Of a stretch of DNA of 64,000 nucleotides, positions 22,401-31,400 are shown piece after piece. The notes beneath the pieces are model-generated. The model was not told the origin of the DNA. It saw nothing but the letters and a program-made list of their open reading frames with translations, and made no database searches. This DNA is from an uncultured Clostridia bacterium (GTDB taxonomy: Bacteria; Bacillota; Clostridia; Christensenellales; UBA1242), in NCBI GenBank assembly GCA_937925475.1, contig CALEWH010000022.1:5376-69375 (forward strand). The letters are read 5' to 3'. The position numbers were made by a program, and so were the translations under genes. How positions within the stretch are numbered: the first letter of the stretch is position 1; the number at the start of each line of letters is the position of its first letter.

Positions 22401-25400
22401 TATATAACTCTCGCCCGCAACCATATTTTTAAGGTCGTTTATGGACTTGATTGGGAATGGGTTGTTGTCAGCAGAAAGTTGCATAACATTGACTACAAGT
22501 GTCTTAGTTTTTAGTACACCAAGCATAGATGCAACATTATGATTGTCGAAAATTTGCACACCACTTTGAGTGTAATCAAACATTGCTTCGGTAACAAATT
22601 TGTCACTTACACTACTTCCAGCAATTTTAATAGTAAAGTTTTTAAATTTTTCATTACTACCTACTATTCCACCAATAATGTATCCGCCACTTCTACTATA
22701 ATCGCCAGTAGAAATTAGATAGTTTTCGTGCTTTTTGTTTCTCCACAAATATTTTGCTTTATATGTTCCATCTTTTTCGGTATGTCCAGAAGTAAGGGTT
22801 TCGCCAAGTGCAGTTATATCATTTTCTACTCTCTCTGTTATACCCAATTCATCCAAAGCAGATTTATTATACAAAGCGTCTACGCTAATTTTGATATCTT
22901 TTCTTTCGTTGTAGTAGATACTTAACATATCTTCGTTTGTACCTGATGTTGCATCGACAAAAGTCAAATTTTTAACTAAGAAATCGACTATTTGTACTTT
23001 GATTGTTGAAGACGAAAGATACGATACTCCATCAATAACCCTAGATACTGTGGCAGTAATGCTTATTTGTTTATTAACATATGCAGTGTACTTGTCCACA
23101 GTAGTTATTTTATCTAATACAAACTCATATTTGCCTGAAAGGGTTTGTTTAACATCACCCAAAACATTTTCAACTGTCCACTCCTCAAATTTATCGTAGT
23201 TTTGAGCGATAATATTGATTGGAAGAGTTCCACCAATGTTTAGAGTGGCTTCGGTCTTTTCAGCGTTTGTAGTCGAATAACAATCGCTTGCGGAGTTGTC
23301 CCAAGTGATAGCCAATTGTGGAACACCAACTACATCAAGAGTTATGCTTTGCTCAAATTGAAGTGTGTCACCACCGTCTTCAATCGCATAACCTTTTATC
23401 ACAACTCTTACGCTCGAATCCGAGTATTTGGAGTCAAGGCTTAGCGCAAACAACAATGATCCGTTCCATACAAAGTTGTTTTTGTCGTTTTCGTCATAAG
23501 GATTTCTAGTTGTTGGATCAACACTATTTATATCATTGTATGCCGAATACTTATTTACAACCTTAATCATATTTGAAGCGTTGTTTATAGTCTCGAAGAA
23601 TGGATAGTTGTAGTATACACTTACGCCCGAAATGTCGTTTTGATATGCTTGGCTTTCCACAACTTGACTGATTACTGAGTCAGGTGTGCCTTCTATCTCG
23701 GCAGTGACATAGTCAAACTTGCCATATGAAGGAGTTATGTCCGCTTGAAGCAAACTATTGTATCCAGGGACGATTTTTGTCGAAGCATATTTGTATGATT
23801 TGTATTCTTGTTGATAGTCTACATCTCCAATATTGTCATTTAGGAAGAATTTTGTATAGTGGCTTAGTCGTACATTTTCCACTTGGAATGGCAAAATTGT
23901 ATAACTAAATTTGTCTTTTCTTTCCACATTATCGGCTGTCATATCGATACTGCAAGTAATGTCAAATGTGGTTTTGCTAGTAACATATTCATAATCGCTT
24001 GGATCTACATAAGCCACAAACTTGATAGTGTGCTCGTTTCGTGTAGAATTGTAGTTTGTTTCCACAATCACGAAAGTAAGATTGTTTACTTTTATCGAGT
24101 CTGTTTCTTGATTATTTTTGACAAATTTGCTTGTGTATTTTCCAGCATTCAATGTCGATGTTATTTTATAACTTTCATTAACAGTCTCACCATTTGCTTT
24201 GTATCCAAAATCCATTGTCACTGGAACAAGAATCTCGTCATTGCTTCTTACGATGATTTCAAAACTACTCATACTTGCAATACCACTGCTGATATTGTTT
24301 GGAGCGTAGATATTGTAAGCATAACTTGTTTGAGTAACGGAGTATTTCTTATAGTTGTCAGTAATAGCACTAGTACCAGTCAAAGCGTCCACATATTTGC
24401 GATACAAATAGTTTGTGTCTTTGTAGTTGACGCTGTACAAATAGAATGGTCGTACTTCAACATTCAAATCGGTTGTTATTTTAAAGTTGTGGCTAGCGCC
24501 TTCTAAGCATATTGCATTTGCAGTCGAATATGTTTTTCCGTCAATAACTACGCTAGTTGCATCAGTGCCTGTTGCATCAGTTATTTTGTATTCTAGCCAA
24601 ATGTTTTGCAACACAACAGATTTTTCGCCATTTTTGCCAAGTAGACCAAATATTGACGAATTGTTTTTAAGAACATTTGCATTAGATCCAATACTTTCCA
24701 CACCATTTGTAGTAGTGTAATTGTAAACAAGTGTGTTGACTGCTTCTTTTACCATAACCACAATGTCGCAAGAAAGCGAATTGTTTAGACTGCTTGTGAT
24801 AGTGATAATTGCACTGCCCACGCCAAGAGTAACAAGTTTGTATTCGCCGTTGTGTTTTACGACTTTGACGATTCGGTCGTCACTTGAACTTACTTGCAAA
24901 CTGCCATTTCCCACAAACTTAGGCAAAACAGCTACATCTACAATCGAGTTTGCGCCAATCAAAGTGTATGTATTGCTAGCGTCGTTGGAGCTTGCACTAT
25001 CCCAGTCAAGCATCAATGAAACAGGTCGGCTAGTACTTGTATCCTTTTCTATATTGTCGCCAGTTTTTACGACATTGTCCACTTTATAGATAGTGTTTTC
25101 TTTTTCACTTGCGCTAAGAGTCTCTGGTGCAAGGTCAATAATCAAATCTAGCGTGCTATTGTGGTCATAATCCATAGAATGACCAAACGATAGCGGAACA
25201 CCATGATTGATGTCGGCATTGCGATACAAAAACTCGCCATTTGGATTTGTAGCACCTAGACCAGTGTCACCACTGCCCTCGTACAACTTGTATGCATAAG
25301 TAGATAGAAGACTATCGCCCTCAGCACTTACATAACCTTGAATGTAGTCGCGTGGATTTACAAATCCTTCGCCTTTAATCAAGGCTGATTTTGTCTCGTA

Positions 25401-28400
25401 CTCAGGGATTGTGAAGGCTCTTTCTGTTTGACCTACATACATTATGTACCAGCCTGCCAACGAATCATTACTTCCATAATTTTCAAATGTCAAATCACTA
25501 TAATTGATATTTGTATAATGATAATTGCCACTATAATAATCGGACGAATTTACACCTGTTTCTGCAAATTCGATTTCGGTCATATTGCCGGCATCGTTAT
25601 ATCTATCGGTCTTAAATCCGACATAATATGAGTTTGATGCAGTAAGGCGAGTATACTTGAATGTCACAACAGCTTCACCAAGTGTAGTGTTGTCTTGTGG
25701 AACTGTGCCATCAACAACATACTTAATCAAATTGTGATACATATTTTTGTCATCAAAATCTGTTCCAGTTGTGTCAGCAGAGCCAAGATATATCTTGTTG
25801 TTGCTGATTGTGATGTTGTCATAAACATCATTGCCTACTTTATAGTCAATATAAGTTGACTCTCGTGCAAGCACTGTTTTTGTTTTGCTTTCGCCTCTAT
25901 CAAATAGAATTCCACTTACTGTTTCGTAAGCCGAATTTATTCCACTTACTGTTTTGCCAGTGCTCGAATAAATGTAGTCGTTGTAGAAATAAAACTCATT
26001 TCCACCATTGTAGACGCCATTTTTATATACATAAGCTTCAACAGATGAATAAACAGGAACTTGTTCAACATACAACAACTCGCCAGTGTACACAGTAACA
26101 CTAGTATTGCCAGTATTATCAGCAAAGTAGTTTTCGGTATCTACATTTGTAGCCCTATAATACTCAGTCGCTCTGTATTTTAGTACTCCAACGCCAGCCA
26201 AAGTGGTGTTTACATCTTCACCGTTTGCCTTAACTTCGGCTGCTGTATAGTACTTAGGCATATTGGCTTTATCTGCACTTGCTACATACAATGGTGAGTA
26301 AGCATTGGCTTCTACCAAGACATAACTTACTGTTCCATTTACATCGATTTGCTTTTTATAATAACTTGTAGCGCCTTCAAATTTTAATATGTCAGCGTCT
26401 ACTCGACCAGTAGCGTCTTCGCTATATGAAGGAGCTTCCGCACTATCTTTGTACAACAAAGAGCCGTTTTCTCTTGCTTGGATAACAATTTTTTCGCTTC
26501 TTAGATGATTTAAAATATGGCGTTTTTCGATAGGATTGTTGCTCGAAACTGTACGAACAGTGTCATTGTCATAATAATTTACAACCACATTAGTGGCTTT
26601 TCTTTCGACATAATAGTAGTTGTCGTTGTTTTGATAGCCCAAGCCCGAATTGGTCACATTGTATTTTACCGAACTTACTTGGCCTATATCACCAAGATTT
26701 CCGGCAGTAGTTTTCTTTTCAACAACTTCGCCAACATAAGCAAAGTTTTGAACATATTGTCCGTCAGATTTTAGCAAAGTATACGAGTTGTTGATATTAA
26801 ACACGCCCGAATAACCCTTGTTTACATCATCGGATTTCACATAATAACCATCGGCATTTTTCTTGTATGGCAAACGACCTTCTAAGTTTAGTCTGTCAAG
26901 AAGTGCCGAACTGTCGCCCACAAAACCGCCCACTTTTGTGGCATTTTTGGTTTGACCCAAAACATTGGCATTGAAGACAAACAACAATCCGTTCGCCTTA
27001 CCTACTACGCCACCGATAATGGCTGTACCCACCAAGTCTTGACCATCTTTTTCCGAATAGGTGTTTGTGATTGTCGCATTGAAGTACACATTAAGTAGCG
27101 CGCCACCAAAACCTTCAATTGGATTCTTATTTGTATCAGCATAACCATCTGACAAGCCGACAATACCACCTACATATGTGTTTTTGTCGGTCGAACTTAC
27201 TACTAGTGGTTTTAATAAAATTATGTCACCATAGTACACGCCACTATTGTCACGAACCAAGGTTTTGTCAAAGTCAATTTGACCCATATTGTTTTTGTGA
27301 TCAAACGACATATATAGTTGGTCGATATATTTGTATTCGTCACTATCAATACTAGCAATACTTTGTCTTTTTGTTTCGATACTACTACTTGAAACAACAA
27401 AGTATGAGTTTACACTGCTATATCCAATAGTGGCCACAACCACATCACCCGAAGTAGAAGTAAGTGTAGCACTGCTTACTGCGATGACATTTGACATTGT
27501 TATATTTTGAACATTGTTTTCCAAAACATAACCAGCAATACCACCGACATAGTTTCGTGCAATAATGCTCGAATTGAAGAAACTAATCTCGTCAAGACTA
27601 TCCACAAATTGAACTTTGCTGTGATAGATTGTTCCGCGCGAATAGTTTGAGTTTGCAGTTGTGTCGGCAAGTGCACCATTGCCATTTAGAGATAGTCGAT
27701 TATTTAGGATATATTTGTTTGTCACCGAAACATTTGAAGCCGAATTTGTGCTTAGGTTTGCACTTACACCCGCAATACCACCGACATAGTCGTTTGCGAT
27801 AATGTGTGGGATTACTGTGATTTCGTCTATTAGACCATAGTTGTATCCAGCAATACCACCAACATAGTTGTTGGCAATAATGATTGTTTTACAAGTGATG
27901 TTTGTAATTTTTGATAAGTAATAGTTTGTATTTGTGCCCGATCCACTAGATGTGTTTTCACTAAATGCACTACTCTCGTTTAGTCCGACTACGCCACCCA
28001 CAACTGAGTCGTCGTTTCGGATCATTCCCTTGTATGTACTATCGACAAGAGTCGCATTGATAAGTGAGTATACATCAGCGTGATCGATTGTTCCGCTTCC
28101 ATCACAACCTAGATTTGATGCAATATTGACACCCGCTACTCCACCTACAAAAGTAGTCGTAATACCATTTAGTGTAGGGTCTTCTTGTTTGTCCCTGACA
28201 AATAAAGCAATGTTTACTTGCAGATCAGAGATATATCCACCATTGACACCCACAACTCCACCAATATATGCATGGTTGGATTGTGCTTCTACAATGCCAG
28301 TAAGTTGGTATGCAATCGAGTTGTGCTTATTGTCATTTTCATCACTTTGCACAAGTGTGTCTAACACATTGCCCTTTAATGTATCATAACCGCGAACTGT

Positions 28401-31400
28401 GTCATCGATTACTGTTATGTTTGTAAGTTTACCAAGGTTTAGTCCTGCAAACGCGCCCAAATATACATCAAAATATTTTTGTTCGTTTGTTGTGCCCGGA
28501 ATTCTGTCACCATTATACAAAATATCGATTTGGACATTTTCAAGTCTGATGTTGGAGATTTCGGCTGTCTCACCGATATAGCCAAACAAACCATAGTATG
28601 CCACATATCCGATACTTTTGATAGTGTTGTTGTTTGAATCAGTGTATGATTTTGTCTCTCCCGACGCTTTCACATCCGACCACTCGACTTCCTTGTTTAT
28701 TCTAAGTCCAGTGATTACAAATGTTTGATCATTTTCGGTGATAATGTGGCCATTAAATGGTTGGTCACTGTTTTTGCCGATTGGAGTCCAGTTTCCGCTC
28801 TCATTTAGGATAATGTTGTTTACTATTTTGTAGTAAGAGTTTAGTGCATTATTGACAAATTGCAAGTCATATGCATCTTTGATTATGTATGGATTGTCTT
28901 CTGTTCCGTCACAGAAATTTATACCTAGTTTTCCCGAAATTGAGTCTGATGCAATGTGCGAACCATTTTTATTGGTGAAAATCAAGTTTCCATTTCCGTC
29001 ATCAAAAGCCAAATCCTTAGGAACAAGATACAAAACCACATTGTTTAGATTGTCTGTCCATTTTAGGATTTCAATGTTTACACGATTGTTTTCTTCGTCA
29101 ACAATCACCTTAATGCTATTGTCGCAAATTAGGTAGTTGTTTGGCACAACTTTGCCATCTCCGTCCAAAACTGCTGTACCTAGAGTATGTTCGGCATTTG
29201 CATTGTCGGTGTAGAACAAATAAAAACCTTTTACTGTAATAGCCGAAGCAGGTCTTCCACCCCCAGCATAAATTGTAAACGCAACGCTAGTTTTTGCTCT
29301 TTCTTCGTCTTGAACTTTGCCATTTCCGTCAAGATTTAGTTGGTTGACATTGATGTCGATTTTATCTTTCTCAAAATTAACCTTACTAGTCTTTATTGAA
29401 TTGGATATTGTGCCCGAAATATTTGTGTTTCGGTTTGATAGAGTCATGTAATCGCCATTAAGGTCGACAAACTTTTGTTTGTACACGAGTGTAACAGTGA
29501 TATTTGCACTATTGTCGCCATCAAGTCTTTCGCTTTGGAAAAGCATCTCGATTTGATTATTGTCTTTTATTTGTACAGTTATTTCAAAACTTAGTTTGCC
29601 ATTGAAGTCTTTTGACTCAGATGCATATGAATACGATCCTGCATCTTTATTCTCAACCCCGCTCAAAACTACCATGTAGTCTTGATATCTTATCTCAAAT
29701 TCAAGGTTTTCATACGATAGTTCTATATTTTCAGGATAAGCAAAAGCAGTAAGTTTTGCATAAATAAGGTCGGCGTGACCTATATGTGAGTTTAACGAAT
29801 TTCGAGTAATTATCGAAAAACTCCTTACTACTTGACCGTCATCATTCTTAACAACAAAGTCGTTAAGTCGTGCTTCGACAGTGATTTCGAAGTTGATGTA
29901 CAACTTTGTAGGTGCGCTTCCGTCATACGATTGAGAAAGCAAAACATAGTCCACATTAGCGACACCAGTATTGCGTGACGAACGCACAATAAGTGGATCG
30001 TTGTAATCCACAACAACCACATTGCCGTCTACTTTTACATCGCTAAAAGAAAGGTTTGTAGGCATAGATTGCAAAATCTCGTATTTGCCGTCAATTACAC
30101 CAAATTCGTCAATAGTTGCACCATCAAGAAGTTTTACGATTTTTATCGCAAACGAACTACTTGAAGGCATAGTCAAATCGTATGGCACAGGATTTTCGTC
30201 ATCGTCAGCCAAACTATAAAACTTGTTTCCGATACGGAACGCAAGAGTGTCGGCTGTGTATTTTTCATACACAACAATGTCAAATTGAGTTTTACAACCA
30301 TTTGGAGTTGTGATTTCGCACTTTGTGGTGCCCACTACTCCCTTTGTAGCAATAACCCAAACATTTTTGTCAGTATCGTACTCTGCCGAAACAATGTCGC
30401 CATTGCCCTTTTGCAGTCTAACAGTGCACTCACTAAGCGCAACGCTTGCATCCCCTAGTACTAGATATGTCCCTTCGCTCTCTGTCAAACCAAGTTCAAA
30501 GGCTTGGCCATTTTCGATGCTCAATGTGTTGTTGGACAAATTGGCAAGATTTGGTGCAACAATGCCTTTCACAAGACTTAGTGAAAGTTCGCCAACAGTT
30601 TCATTTACAGTCGAAGTCGCAATCAATTTGATGTTTGAATTTACAAAATTGCCTAGCGCATTGTAGTCATAACTTATGTATACTTTTGTGCCGTGTTTGA
30701 CAAGTGTGTTTGCATCAATGTCGTGTTTGACACCGCCCGAATAGTACCAAAGTTTGATGCCGTTTGTAATCTCAGTGCCATTTGCATCGACGCTAAGGCG
30801 CACGCTTTGTCCACCTATCACAGATTCGCCATACAAAATATTCAAAACCGCAGTCGCACCCTCGACAGAGTTTGCATAATTGCGATAAACTTTTACTTCT
30901 TCAATATGTTTTGCACCGTCAGTAAACATGATTGTATCTGGGAATGTACTTACATTAACCCTTACAGTCATGTACTTAGGAGCAAACAAATGCTCATAGT
31001 CTTTATAATTTACTTTTACTAGCACAGTGTCAGAGTTGTGGCCATAACCTTGGTCCACAACAAAACTATTTGTGCCTTCCCCTACTCTAAATGGTCTAAC
31101 CTTGTCAGTCTTCACATAGTTAAAGGTGTATAGATTTTCAAATTCGCCATCACTTATCAAAACAGGCGATATCTCTTTGCGAGAGTTTTCAGTGCCATTG
31201 TTTGCAAGATTTACATTGTAGACCTTGTTGCCGTTTTCATAAGTTATTGTTAGGTCTTCGCTCTCAGCGCCTGCCTCAGTGCCAGCGACCGAAACCAATT
31301 TGATGTTTTCGAGATCAATAGTGTCAAGCACCTTGCATTGTACTTGGGCAGTCAATGCGCTATTTGCCGAGTTTGTGGCTTGTAAAGCAAACGAATCGAT